Origin: Anaerolineae bacterium
GTDB taxonomy: Bacteria > Chloroflexota > Anaerolineae > CG2-30-64-16
DNA: 64,000 nt
Assembly: GCA_038214535.1 (NCBI GenBank)
Contig: JBBQRS010000003.1
Span: 16,459-80,458 of the forward strand
Direction of reading: 5' to 3'
Made by a program: the position numbers and the translations under genes. The notes beneath the pieces are model-generated. The model ran no database searches, was not told the DNA's origin, and saw only the letters and a program-made list of their open reading frames with translations. How positions within the stretch are numbered: the first letter of the stretch is position 1; every line of letters begins with the position of its first letter. Shown here one piece after another: positions 28,406 to 38,671 of the stretch.

Positions 28406-31024
28406 ATGCCTGACCTGGTCAATCTGACCATTGATGATCTGCAAATTGCTGTGCCGCCCGGCACGTTGGTGGTAGACGCCGCCAGGGCCGCCGGTATTGA
28501 TATTCCCATCTTCTGCTCGCATCCAAAGCTCGATCCGTTAGGGGCGTGCCGTATGTGCCTGGTCGAGTTCATGGGGCCGCGCGGCAGCCGCCTCGACACG
28601 TCATGCACGGTGCGGGTCAGCGAGGGGATGGTGGTGCGCACGGACACCGAACAGGTGAAGGCCGTGCGCGAGGCCAACCTGGCCTTCATCCTGCTGAACC
28701 ACCCACTCGATTGCCCGATCTGCGACAAGGGCGGCGAGTGTCCGCTGCAAGATCAGACGATGGAGTATGGGCCGGGGTTTTCCAAGTTCATCGAGCCGAA
28801 GCGGCGCAAGAAGAAACACTACCCCATCAGCGACCTGATTATGCTGGATCAGGAGCGCTGTATCCTGTGCTGGCGCTGTATCCGCTATCTGGAAGAGTGG
28901 GAAGACAAGCCGCAGATCGGGTTGTTCGAGCGTGGCGGCGAGACTTTGGTGGACGTTTTCCCCGGCCAACCGGTGGACGCGAAGACTTCGGGCAGCATCA
29001 TTGATATTTGCCCGGTGGGCGCGTTGACCAACCGCGTGGCGCGTTTTCGCTATCGCCCGTGGGAACTGATGCGCGTGCCCAGCATCTGCACGCTGTGCCC
29101 TGTGGGTTGTAACACGCGACTCGACGAGCGCGTGCACGAGTTGCGCCGGATTGTGGCGCGCGAAAACCCGGCGGTCAACGATGAGTGGATCTGTGACAAG
29201 GGGCGCTTCCTGCACCAGTACGTAGATCACCCGGCGCGCCTGACGCAACCGATGGTGCGCGAGGACGGCGTCTTGCGCGCCGCGACATGGGATGAAGCCT
29301 TGCACCGCGTCGTGGAGGGTTTGGAAGCCGCCATCGAAGCGGGCGGGCATCAGGCGGTGGGCGGCGTCGCCTCCGCGCGCGTCAGCAATGAGAGCGCATA
29401 CCTGTTCCAGAAGTTCTTCCGTGTCCTGCTCGGCACGAATAACGTGGACTATCCCGATGGTTCGGCGGTCTCCGCGACGCCGGGTGGGCTATCGGCGATC
29501 ACGGCCATCGGCAAGAGCGATGTCATTATCCTGGCGGGGTATGATCCCAGCGAGGCTACGCCGATTATTGACATAAGAATCAAACGTGCATTGTTGCGGG
29601 CCGGGGCCGCGCTGATCGTCATCAATGCGCGCGGCATCGAGCTGACGCGCTACGTGGACGACAAACGCGTCAATAAGGGCGCGTATCTGCCGGTAACGCC
29701 CGGCGATGAGGCGAAGGTGATTGACGCGCTGACGACGGCGATCCGGCAAGGGCAGGAGCAGGCCGCGAAGGGCGCGAAGAAGGCCGCCGACAAGAGTGCG
29801 GCCCCAAGGTTGGTCCAGATCGCGGCCGCTGTGCTGGGGGCCGCGAAAAGCCCGCTGATCCTCTACGGCCCGGATATCGCCAGGGGCGCGCGCGGGCGGG
29901 CGAACGTGACGGCGCTGAGCAACCTTGCAACGACCTTGAATCACCCCGAGGCGCTGGCGTACATCGGAGCCGAGGCCAACAGCCAGGGCGCGCGCGACAT
30001 GGGGATGCTATCCAACGCGCTGCCGGGGCAACAATCCGTGGCCGAGGCTGCCGTCCGCGAGCGGTTGGGCAAACTGTGGGGCGCGCCGCCGCCGGCCGAG
30101 CCGGGTGTCTCGTATGATGAGATGCTTGCCGGACGCGTCAAGGCGCTCTATGTGATGGGCGCGAACCCCGCGGTCGAGCCGGCTGCCGCCGAAACATTGC
30201 GTGGGCTTGATTTTCTGGTAGTGCAAGATCTCTTCCTCACCGAAACGGCGCAACTGGCGGATGTTGTTCTGCCGGCGTCGAGTTTTGCCGAGGAAGACGC
30301 CACGTATACGAACCTCGAGCGCCGCGTGCAGCGCGGGCGCATGGGCGTTACGGTGGTGGGAGACGCGAAGGCCGATTGGGCCATCCTGACCGATCTGGCC
30401 GGGCACTGGCTGGCCGTCGAAGCGGCGCACCACGCGCCTGAGGTTGTGGCGGAAGTCCCGGACTGGAAGGCGAAGAGCGCGAAACGCGGCCGCAAGGCGC
30501 GCGCCGGATCCGGCCCGGAGCATCGCCCGTGGAACTATGGCAACGCGCGACATGTGTACGAGGAAATCGGCAAGGCCGTGCCGTTCTACACAGAACTGCG
30601 CTGGGACGACCTGGGCGAGTTGGGGATGCAATGGTCGGCGCCGTTGGCGCCGCGCCAACCGCGCAAAGCCGAACCGGTCGAAGTTGCGCCGCTGCCCGCG
30701 TTGCCTGATGGTGGGTTGTGGTTGGTCAGTGGGCCGTTGTTGTGGGATAGCGGCGTCCTCATGGAGTACGCGGCGGAAGAAATTTGCAATCTGATTCCGC
30801 CCCCGTTCGTGGCCCTTGCGCCGGCGGACTTCGCGTCCGCGGGCCTGACGGAAGGCGACACGGTGACCGTCGGTTCAGAGTATGGCTCCGTGAGTCTGGT
30901 AGTCAGGGCGGATGATTCCGTCCAGCCGGGCACAGCCTGGATACCCGCGGGGCTGGTGGGCGCGCCGGCCGAGACGCTGGGCGCGCGGCGCGCCGAACCG
31001 GTTGCGGTGACCGTTGCACGTTGA
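28406..31024 (+). CDS. nuoG: NADH-quinone oxidoreductase subunit G (molybdopterin-like 75-kDa subunit)
   Basis: N-terminal 2Fe-2S and 4Fe-4S motifs (CSHPKLDPLGACRMC, HPLDCPICDKGGEC), 872 aa. Confidence 0.85.
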   Translation: MPDLVNLTIDDLQIAVPPGTLVVDAARAAGIDIPIFCSHPKLDPLGACRMCLVEFMGPRGSRLDTSCTVRVSEGMVVRTDTEQVKAVREANLAFILLNHPLDCPICDKGGECPLQDQTMEYGPGFSKFIEPKRRKKKHYPISDLIMLDQERCILCWRCIRYLEEWEDKPQIGLFERGGETLVDVFPGQPVDAKTSGSIIDICPVGALTNRVARFRYRPWELMRVPSICTLCPVGCNTRLDERVHELRRIVARENPAVNDEWICDKGRFLHQYVDHPARLTQPMVREDGVLRAATWDEALHRVVEGLEAAIEAGGHQAVGGVASARVSNESAYLFQKFFRVLLGTNNVDYPDGSAVSATPGGLSAITAIGKSDVIILAGYDPSEATPIIDIRIKRALLRAGAALIVINARGIELTRYVDDKRVNKGAYLPVTPGDEAKVIDALTTAIRQGQEQAAKGAKKAADKSAAPRLVQIAAAVLGAAKSPLILYGPDIARGARGRANVTALSNLATTLNHPEALAYIGAEANSQGARDMGMLSNALPGQQSVAEAAVRERLGKLWGAPPPAEPGVSYDEMLAGRVKALYVMGANPAVEPAAAETLRGLDFLVVQDLFLTETAQLADVVLPASSFAEEDATYTNLERRVQRGRMGVTVVGDAKADWAILTDLAGHWLAVEAAHHAPEVVAEVPDWKAKSAKRGRKARAGSGPEHRPWNYGNARHVYEEIGKAVPFYTELRWDDLGELGMQWSAPLAPRQPRKAEPVEVAPLPALPDGGLWLVSGPLLWDSGVLMEYAAEEICNLIPPPFVALAPADFASAGLTEGDTVTVGSEYGSVSLVVRADDSVQPGTAWIPAGLVGAPAETLGARRAEPVAVTVAR

Positions 31025-31071
31025 ACGCGCCGACGGCGTACGCCGTCGCGTAACAATCACAGGGATTCGCT

Positions 31072-32088
31072 ATGGACTGGCTCAACCTGATTATCTTGCC
31101 GGGAATCAAATCCATCGTGCTGGTGCTTGCGCTCCTGGGCGGCTTCGCGTATCTGACCTGGGTCGAACGTAAGTTGATCGGCCGGTTTCAGATGCGCATC
31201 GGCCCGAACCGCGCCTGGCCGTTCGGGCTGGGGCATCCCATCGCCGACGCGCTCAAGATGGTTTTCAAAGAGGAATACGTCCCCAGTCACGTGGATAAGG
31301 CGCTCTACATCCTGGCCCCGGCGATGGCGATTGTGCCCGCGCTGGTGATGTTCGCCGTGATTCCGGTGGGGCCACAGTTGAATCTCTTTGGCAAGGAAAT
31401 CCCGCTCGTCGTGGCGAACGTGAACATCGGCGTGCTGTGGGTGTTGGCGATCTCCAGCGTCGGTGTGTACGGCATCATCCTGGGCGGGTGGGCCAGCAAC
31501 AACAAGTATTCGCTGCTGGGCGCACTGCGCACCAGCGCGCAGATGCTCTCTTACGAGTTGCCGATGGGCGTTCTGCTGATCGCCGCCCTGCTGATCTTCG
31601 GCAGCCTGAACCTGAATGAAATCGTCACGCCGACGATCCCGGTGCCGTGGTATATGCGGGCCTGGCTGCTGTTGGCGTTTCCGTTTTACTTCATCACCAT
31701 GCTGGCCGAGACCAGCCGCAAGCCGTTCGACTTTCCTGAAACGGAGAACGAGTTGGTGGCCGGTTTCCAGACCGAGTACGGTGGCATCAAGTTCGCGTTA
31801 TTCTATATGACCGAATACCTGCATATCCTCGCTGCCAGCGGGCTTGCAGTGACCCTTTTCTTCGGCGGCTGGCGCGGCCCGTTCGTGGAGCAGATTCCCA
31901 TCCTGGGGCCGCTTTACTTTGTCGGTAAAATCCTGGCGTTGGTCTTCCTGTTCATCTGGGCCAGCGCCAGCGTCCCGCGCCCCCGGTACGACCAGCTTCT
32001 CAACTTCTGCTGGACGTTTCTGTTCCCGCTGTCGCTCGTTTATATGGTGATCACGGCTATCGTTGTCGTGATGACGCAGAGCGGGTGA
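31072..32088 (+). CDS. nuoH: NADH-quinone oxidoreductase subunit H
   Basis: ERKLIGRFQMRIGPNRAWPFGLGHPIADALKMVFKEE signature. Confidence 0.9.
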   Translation: MDWLNLIILPGIKSIVLVLALLGGFAYLTWVERKLIGRFQMRIGPNRAWPFGLGHPIADALKMVFKEEYVPSHVDKALYILAPAMAIVPALVMFAVIPVGPQLNLFGKEIPLVVANVNIGVLWVLAISSVGVYGIILGGWASNNKYSLLGALRTSAQMLSYELPMGVLLIAALLIFGSLNLNEIVTPTIPVPWYMRAWLLLAFPFYFITMLAETSRKPFDFPETENELVAGFQTEYGGIKFALFYMTEYLHILAASGLAVTLFFGGWRGPFVEQIPILGPLYFVGKILALVFLFIWASASVPRPRYDQLLNFCWTFLFPLSLVYMVITAIVVVMTQSG

Positions 32089-32144
32089 GGCGCGGTCGCC
32101 GCCGAATATGTAGTAGTGGTAAGGTGATGTTTTGAGGTGTAGCG

Positions 32145-32618
32145 ATGTATAGTGTGCGTGACGTATTCCAGGGAACAAAAGAAATCGCCGGATCTATGGC
32201 GATTACGTTGAAGGCGCTGCTGACGCCGCCGTTGACGGTGGAGTATCCGGAGCAGCCGATTGCTGTCTATCCGCGCTTCCGGGCGCGACACGAACTGCGG
32301 CTTTACGAGAATGGTCTCGAACGTTGCATCGGCTGCTGCCTGTGCGAAGCCGCCTGCCCGACGGGCGCGATCCACGTGGAGGCCGCCGAAAACGATCCGG
32401 CGCACCCGCACAGCCCCGGCGAGCGCTACGCCAAGGTGTACGAGGTCAACCTGATGCGCTGCGTCTTCTGCGGCGATTGCGAGACGGCCTGCCCGGTCGA
32501 GGCGGTCGTGTTGGGGCATGATTTCGAACTGGCCGTTTATAGCCGCGATGGGTTCCTGCTGACCAAGGAGGAACTCTTGCATCCTAAGACGCCGAACGTG
32601 ATTGTGCGGGCCGAATAA
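32145..32618 (+). CDS. nuoI: NADH-quinone oxidoreductase subunit I (2x[4Fe-4S])
   Basis: CIGCCLCEAACP and CVFCGDCETACP motifs. Confidence 0.85.
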   Translation: MYSVRDVFQGTKEIAGSMAITLKALLTPPLTVEYPEQPIAVYPRFRARHELRLYENGLERCIGCCLCEAACPTGAIHVEAAENDPAHPHSPGERYAKVYEVNLMRCVFCGDCETACPVEAVVLGHDFELAVYSRDGFLLTKEELLHPKTPNVIVRAE

Positions 32619-32679
32619 CGTCGGAGAGACGTTTGGTCACTTATCCTGAAGCCGATTACCCGGTGGGCATGAGGGACGT

Positions 32680-33195
32680 ATGGTTTTATTCATCATCTTT
32701 AGTCTGATTGCCGTCGTGGCCGCCATCGGCGTCGTCGTCAGTCGCAAGCCGATTTACAGCGCGCTGTTCCTGCTGTTGAACTTCGCGACCCTGGCGGCGC
32801 TGTACATCATGCTCGAGGCGCAGTTCCTGGCGGCGGTGCAGATCATCGTCTACGCCGGCGCGATCGTCGTGCTGATTCTCTTTGTCATCATGCTGATCGG
32901 CGGCGGCGAGCTGCACGACATCCGCGATCAGAGCCTTCCCCTGGCAAAACGATTCACGTGGCCCCGCATCATGGGCCTCGTGCTGTTCGTGTTGCTTGTG
33001 GGAACCCTGGCTTATAGTCTGATTACGGGCGCGTTGAACCCGGTGCAGGGCGACGCCACGGCTTTCGGGCAGGGCAGCATCCAGGCCATCGGCAGCGTAC
33101 TCTATACCGATTACCTGCTCCCGTTCGAGTTGATGTCAGTCTTGCTACTGGTCGGCATGATCGGCGCCGTCGTGCTGGCGCGCCCACCCGATTGA
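32680..33195 (+). CDS. nuoJ: NADH-quinone oxidoreductase subunit J
   Basis: 171-aa 5-TM protein, position between nuoI and nuoK. Confidence 0.8.
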   Translation: MVLFIIFSLIAVVAAIGVVVSRKPIYSALFLLLNFATLAALYIMLEAQFLAAVQIIVYAGAIVVLILFVIMLIGGGELHDIRDQSLPLAKRFTWPRIMGLVLFVLLVGTLAYSLITGALNPVQGDATAFGQGSIQAIGSVLYTDYLLPFELMSVLLLVGMIGAVVLARPPD

Positions 33196-33217
33196 GCGCA
33201 CTGTTTTCGAGGCAAAC

Positions 33218-33520
33218 ATGGTCCCGACTGAATACTATTTGATTCTTGCCGCCGTACTCTTCAGCATCGGCGCGCTGGGCGTGGTGTTCCGGCGCAACGT
33301 CCTGATTATCTTCATGTGCGTCGAGATGATGCTCAACGCCGTGAATCTGACGTTCGTGGCGCTGGCCCACCATTTCATGGACCTGAACGGCCAGATCTTC
33401 GTGCTGGTCGCCGTGGCCGTCGCGGCGGCTGAGGTGGCCGTGGGTCTTGCGATCCTGATGAAGGTGATCCGGGGCAAGGATACGACCAACGTCCAGGACA
33501 TCAATCTCCTGAAAGGTTAA
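33218..33520 (+). CDS. nuoK: NADH-quinone oxidoreductase subunit K
   Basis: 100 aa, CVEMMLNAVNLTFVA motif. Confidence 0.85.
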   Translation: MVPTEYYLILAAVLFSIGALGVVFRRNVLIIFMCVEMMLNAVNLTFVALAHHFMDLNGQIFVLVAVAVAAAEVAVGLAILMKVIRGKDTTNVQDINLLKG

Positions 33521-33555
33521 CTTCCTGCTGACAGCAGGAAAGGGCAAGGTTGCTT

Positions 33556-35460
33556 ATGTCTGATTACGCCTGGCTGATGCTGTTGTTCCCGGCCATTGGA
33601 TTGGTCGTTATATCCTTCTTCGGGACCCGGTTGAGCAAGGGCATCGTCGGCTGGCTCGCGTCTTTGATGGTTGCCTTGAGCTTTCTGGTGGCCGTGGCCG
33701 TGTTCGTGCAGATGCTCGGGCTGCCGGTTGAGGCGCGCGGCCAGCGTGTGCCGCTCTGGTCGTGGATGACCGCCGGCGATTTCCACGCAGACGCCGCCCT
33801 GCTGATTGACCAGCTTTCCATCATCATGGCGCTGGTGGTTACCGGCGTTGGTTTTCTGATCCACGTTTATTCCATCGGCTACATGCACGATGACCCGCGG
33901 TTCCCGCGCTTCTTCGCCTATATGAATCTTTTCATCCTGATGATGTTGGTGCTTGTCCTTGCCGACAATTACCTGATGCTCTATGTTGGTTGGGAAGGCG
34001 TGGGCCTGTCGTCCTATCTGCTGATCGGGTTCTGGTATGAGAAGCCCGCGGCGGCCAATGCGGGCATGAAAGCGTTCCTGGTGAATCGCGTCGGTGACCT
34101 GGGGCTGTTGCTTGCCATTATGATTATCTGGACGAGCCTGGGCACGCTCCAGTTCAACGAGGTGTTCCAGCGGGCCGAGACGTTGTGGGCCGTCGGCGGG
34201 ACGTTCGCCGTGGCGACGACGCTGCTGATGTTGCTGGGGGCGACGGGCAAGAGCGCCCAGATTCCTCTCTTCGTCTGGTTGCCGGACGCGATGGAAGGCC
34301 CCACGCCGGTCTCGGCGCTCATCCATGCCGCCACGATGGTCACGGCAGGCGTCTACCTGATCGCACGGTCGGGCGTGCTCTATGCGCTGGCCCCGGTCAG
34401 CGCGAGCTTGGCCGCGGTGATCGGCGCGGCGACCGCGCTGTTTGCCGCCACCATCGCCCTGACACAGGTAGACCTGAAGCGTATTTTGGCCTATTCGACC
34501 ATCTCGCAGCTTGGCTTCATGTTCATGGCCGTGGGCGTCGGCGCATATTCCGCCGGCATCTTCCACCTGGTCACGCACGCCTTTTTCAAGGCGCTGCTGT
34601 TCCTGGGCGCGGGCAGCGTGATGCACGCGCTGGACGGCGAACTGGACATCCGCAAGATGGGCAACCTGCGCGCGAAGATGCCCACCACGAATTGGACGTT
34701 CCTGATCGGCGCGGCGGCGCTGGCCGGCATCCCGCTCTTTTCCGGCTTTTTCAGCAAGGACGAAATCCTCTATTACGACTATCTGTATCAGCCGTTGTTG
34801 TGGCTGGTGGGGACGATCACGGCGTTCCTCACGGCGGTCTATGCCTTCCGGGCCTATTTTATGCCCTTCTGGGGGACGGAACGGGTTAAGAAGCGGTGGG
34901 ATCACGCCCATGAGTCGCCGCGGATCATGACGATCCCGCTGATCATTCTGGCGGTCGGCGCGGTGGTGGTTGGATTGATCGGTATCCCCTTCGCATCGTG
35001 GATCGAACCGTGGCTCGAACCCGTGTTTGCGACCGCACACGAGATCAAGCACGCCGAGGAAGCCGCCGGCTCAGACATGACCAAGACCGTCCTGCTGGCG
35101 ATTGCGGCGATCATCGCCCTGAGTGGCGCGTTCGTGGCCTACCGGGCCTTCCTGGTCAGCACCGAGTGGCCCAAACGCGTGCGGGCGTCGTTGGGCGGGT
35201 TCGGTACGCTGGTGGAAAACAAATACCGCGTGGATGAACTCTACAACGCGGCGGTCGTGGCTCCCCTCCTGGGCCTGGCCCGCTGGTTTGCCGGCCCTAT
35301 GGATCAACGCACCATTGACGGCGCCGTGAACGGTCTGGCCGGGCTGACGGGCAGCCTCGGTGAACGGGTGCGTCGCCTGCAAGTGGGCCAGGTCGGTATC
35401 TACGCATTGTCCATGCTCTTCGGGGCCGTCGCCATTCTCATCTGGCTTGCGGTTCAATGA
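33556..35460 (+). CDS. nuoL: NADH-quinone oxidoreductase subunit L
   Basis: ~634 aa, WLPDAMEGPTPVSALIHAATMV core and C-terminal long-helix region; start at MSDYAWLM. Confidence 0.85.
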   Translation: MSDYAWLMLLFPAIGLVVISFFGTRLSKGIVGWLASLMVALSFLVAVAVFVQMLGLPVEARGQRVPLWSWMTAGDFHADAALLIDQLSIIMALVVTGVGFLIHVYSIGYMHDDPRFPRFFAYMNLFILMMLVLVLADNYLMLYVGWEGVGLSSYLLIGFWYEKPAAANAGMKAFLVNRVGDLGLLLAIMIIWTSLGTLQFNEVFQRAETLWAVGGTFAVATTLLMLLGATGKSAQIPLFVWLPDAMEGPTPVSALIHAATMVTAGVYLIARSGVLYALAPVSASLAAVIGAATALFAATIALTQVDLKRILAYSTISQLGFMFMAVGVGAYSAGIFHLVTHAFFKALLFLGAGSVMHALDGELDIRKMGNLRAKMPTTNWTFLIGAAALAGIPLFSGFFSKDEILYYDYLYQPLLWLVGTITAFLTAVYAFRAYFMPFWGTERVKKRWDHAHESPRIMTIPLIILAVGAVVVGLIGIPFASWIEPWLEPVFATAHEIKHAEEAAGSDMTKTVLLAIAAIIALSGAFVAYRAFLVSTEWPKRVRASLGGFGTLVENKYRVDELYNAAVVAPLLGLARWFAGPMDQRTIDGAVNGLAGLTGSLGERVRRLQVGQVGIYALSMLFGAVAILIWLAVQ

Positions 35461-35467
35461 GGCCTTC

Positions 35468-36961
35468 ATGAACCCTGACATTCCTATTCTTTCCATTATC
35501 CTGTTCCTGCCGCTGCTCGGCGCGCTGGTGTTGCTGCTGCTGCCTTCCGAAAAGTTGCAGAAGTGGTGGACGCTCGGCGTCACCGTCGCCACGTTCCTGG
35601 CGTCCTGTTTGCTGATCGTCTGGTGGCAAGAGGGCTACGCGGGGATGCAGTTCATTGAGCGGTATGACTGGGTCGCGCTGTTCAACATCCAATATCTATT
35701 GGGCGTGGACGGGCTGAGCGTGTGGCTGGTGTTGCTGACCACCTTCATGACGATGCTGGTGATCGTCTTCTCGTGGGAAGGGATCGCGAAGAACCTCAAG
35801 GGCTATCTCTTCCTGATCCTGCTGCTGGAAACGGGCATGATTGGGGTGTTCGTCGCGCTGGATCTGGTGCTGTTCTATATCTTCTGGGAACTGAGCCTGG
35901 TGCCGATGTATTTCCTGATCGGCATCTGGGGCGGTCCGAAGCGCGTGTATGCCGCCGTCAAGTTCTTCATCTTCACGATGGTCGCCAGCGCGCTGATGCT
36001 GGTCGGTATCCTGATGCTCTACCGGCAGGGCGGCACGTTCGACCTGTTGGAGCTGCAGAAAATGTCACTCTCGCCGAATCTCCAGGTGTGGTTGTTCCTG
36101 GCGTTTGGGCTGGCGTTCGCCGTGAAGGTTCCGTTGTTCCCGTTCCACACCTGGCTGCCCGACGCGCACGTCCAGGCCCCCACCGGCGGCTCTGTGATCC
36201 TGGCAGGCATCCTGCTGAAGATGGGGACGTACGGGTTCCTGCGTTTCTGCCTGACGATGTTTCCCGACGCTACCCGACAATTCGTGCCGTGGATCGCCGC
36301 GCTGGCTGTGATCGGCATCATCTACGGCGGGCTGGTCGCGCTGACCCAGCGCGATGTGAAGTCGCTGGTCGCCTACTCGTCGGTCGCCCACCTGGGGTTT
36401 GTGGTGCTGGGGCTATTTGCCCTCAACTCACAGGGCATCGCTGGGGCCTCGTTGCAGATGGTCAATCACGGGTTGAGTACGGGGGCGTTGTTCTTGCTGG
36501 TGGGGATGCTCTACAACCGGCGGCACACGCGCAACCTGGATGAATTTGGCGGCCTGTGGAAGGTGATGCCGGTCTTCGGCTTTCTCTTCCTGATCGTAGC
36601 GTTTTCATCCGCCGGGTTGCCGGGGCTGAACGGCTTCGTGGGCGAGTTCAACATCCTGCTGGGCGCTTTCCGGTCGAACCCCGTGTTCGCCGTGATCGGC
36701 ACTGTGGGCATCGTGGTCGGGGCCTGGTATCTGCTGCGGGCGATCCGTGAGATGCTGCAAGGCCCGTTGACCAAGCCGGAGAACATGGCGCTGAGCGACT
36801 TGAATAAGCGCGAAGTGTTGACGCTCGTCCCGATCATCATCCTGATCGTCGTGATTGGCCTCTTCCCGAATCTGTTCCTGAGCAAAATCAACCCGTCCGC
36901 CGATGCAGTGGCCGCGGAGTTGGAAAATCGCCCCGCCGTCACCCTGATGATTGACAAGTAG
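35468..36961 (+). CDS. nuoM: NADH-quinone oxidoreductase subunit M
   Basis: WLPDAHVQAPTGGSVILAGILLK core; start at MNPDIPILSI (the overlapping upstream part of ORF 35360 is rejected). Confidence 0.85.
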   Translation: MNPDIPILSIILFLPLLGALVLLLLPSEKLQKWWTLGVTVATFLASCLLIVWWQEGYAGMQFIERYDWVALFNIQYLLGVDGLSVWLVLLTTFMTMLVIVFSWEGIAKNLKGYLFLILLLETGMIGVFVALDLVLFYIFWELSLVPMYFLIGIWGGPKRVYAAVKFFIFTMVASALMLVGILMLYRQGGTFDLLELQKMSLSPNLQVWLFLAFGLAFAVKVPLFPFHTWLPDAHVQAPTGGSVILAGILLKMGTYGFLRFCLTMFPDATRQFVPWIAALAVIGIIYGGLVALTQRDVKSLVAYSSVAHLGFVVLGLFALNSQGIAGASLQMVNHGLSTGALFLLVGMLYNRRHTRNLDEFGGLWKVMPVFGFLFLIVAFSSAGLPGLNGFVGEFNILLGAFRSNPVFAVIGTVGIVVGAWYLLRAIREMLQGPLTKPENMALSDLNKREVLTLVPIIILIVVIGLFPNLFLSKINPSADAVAAELENRPAVTLMIDK

Positions 36962-36988
36962 AACCCTGAGCGCCAAGCGGAGTCATTC

Positions 36989-38470
36989 ATGACTTTTCCC
37001 ACCATCAACCTGCTCGCCATTGCGCCCCAGATCATCCTGGTGGTTGCGGCCTGCATCACCCTGCTGCTCGATCTCGTCGTGCAGAACAAGCGCAGCCTGG
37101 GCTGGTTCAGCCTGGGTTCGGTGCTCACGGCGCTGGCCGCGCTCATCTTCCTGCGCCCCGCGACGCCGGAATTTCAACCGGGGGCCGTCGGCTCCAACAT
37201 GGCGCTCGCCGATGGCCTGAGCTGGATTGCCGGCGCGGCCATCCTGATTGCGGTCGGCCTGGCGATCCTGGTCTCCATAGATCACGTCGCAGACTTCACG
37301 CGGCGGATCGGCGCGTATTATGCGCTGCTGCTGCTCGCGGCGGTCGGTATGCTGGCAATGGTGACGGCCAGCGACTTCATGACCATTTTCCTGGGGCTGG
37401 AAATCTTCTCGCTGGCGCTCTACATCCTGGTGGGGTATTATCACAGTGACCTGCGCTCAGGCGAGGCCGCGTTGAAGTATTTCCTGCTGGGAGCCTTTGC
37501 CAGCGGCTTCTTCCTCTATGGCATCGCTCTGATCTACGGCGCGACGGGGCAGACGAACCTGGCGGCCATCACGATGTCTATCGCGCCGTTGTCCTCTAAC
37601 CTGCCGTTTGCGCCTCTACTTCCGATCGGGATGGGCCTATTGCTGGTGGGGTTTGGCTTCAAGGTAGCGCTAGTACCGTTCCATATGTGGACGCCGGATG
37701 TCTACCAGGGTGCGCCGACTACCGTGACAGCGTTCATGTCCGTCGCCGTCAAGACTGCGGCCTTCACGGCGCTGATTCGTGTGCTGGCGTCTGTCACTAC
37801 GTTCAGCCGGCCCTGGTTGCTGGTGTTGGCGGTTATGGCCGCGCTGACGATGACGTGGGGCAACCTGGCCGCCCTGCGCCAGACCAGCGTCAAGCGGATG
37901 CTGGCCTATTCCAGCATCGCCCATGCGGGCTATATCCTGACGGGCGTGGCCGCGGGCACGGAGCGCGGCGCGCAGGCGGCCCTCTATTATCTGGTGGTCT
38001 ACACTTTCATGACCTTCGGTGCGTTTGGCGTCGTCCTTGCGGCGCAGCGCCGCGATCAGAACGATCTGACGACTTCGCAGATTGCCGGGCTGGCCTCGCG
38101 CCAGCCGTTTCTGGCGGTGCTGATGTCCATCTTCATGTTCGCCCTGATCGGGATTCCCCCGCTGGCCGGTTTCTTCGGCAAGCTGTACGTGTTCGGCGCC
38201 GCAGTGGACGCCGGGTTGACGTGGCTGGCCGTGATCGGTGTCATTAACAGCGGTATCGCCGCCTTCTACTATCTGCGGATTACCGTTTCCATGTATATGG
38301 ACGCGCCGGAAGCCGCCGCGGAAGGCAGTGGGTCCATCGCGGCGCGCAACACGTCTGCGCTGGTGTTGACTGCCCTTGTTGTGGCCGCCGCCGGCACGGT
38401 CATCCTGGGCCTGTGGCAACAGCCGCTGGTCAATGGAATTGCCCAGGCGGTGGTGGCTCTCTTGCCGTAA
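36989..38470 (+). CDS. nuoN: NADH-quinone oxidoreductase subunit N
   Basis: 493-aa antiporter-like subunit, last gene of the complete operon. Confidence 0.85.
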   Translation: MTFPTINLLAIAPQIILVVAACITLLLDLVVQNKRSLGWFSLGSVLTALAALIFLRPATPEFQPGAVGSNMALADGLSWIAGAAILIAVGLAILVSIDHVADFTRRIGAYYALLLLAAVGMLAMVTASDFMTIFLGLEIFSLALYILVGYYHSDLRSGEAALKYFLLGAFASGFFLYGIALIYGATGQTNLAAITMSIAPLSSNLPFAPLLPIGMGLLLVGFGFKVALVPFHMWTPDVYQGAPTTVTAFMSVAVKTAAFTALIRVLASVTTFSRPWLLVLAVMAALTMTWGNLAALRQTSVKRMLAYSSIAHAGYILTGVAAGTERGAQAALYYLVVYTFMTFGAFGVVLAAQRRDQNDLTTSQIAGLASRQPFLAVLMSIFMFALIGIPPLAGFFGKLYVFGAAVDAGLTWLAVIGVINSGIAAFYYLRITVSMYMDAPEAAAEGSGSIAARNTSALVLTALVVAAAGTVILGLWQQPLVNGIAQAVVALLP

Positions 38471-38504
38471 GGCGTGATGGTCCGTTACCTGCACAGCTAA
38501 AAGC

Positions 38505-38538
38505 AAAGGAGCCTGTCACTTCGGCAGGCTCCTTTTTA
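38505..38538 (+). terminator. rho-independent terminator after nuoN
   Basis: ggagcctg-tcacttcgg-caggctcc 8-bp GC stem followed by TTTTT, read directly. Confidence 0.7.
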
Positions 38539-38574
38539 TTATCTATAATCTATGCGCGATCCCAAATCATCATA

Positions 38575-38620
38575 GCTCCCCTTCGTAGTGACGGCGTTAG
38601 CCGTCACTACGAAGGGGAGC
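38575..38620. repeat. palindromic intergenic repeat element, copy 4 (perfect 21-bp stem, 4-nt loop)
   Basis: gctccccttcgtagtgacggc gtta gccgtcactacgaaggggagc. Confidence 0.8.
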
Positions 38621-38671
38621 GACGCGCAGATTTTAGATCAGATACTTGCAGTTCATCCGGTCTGCGACCGC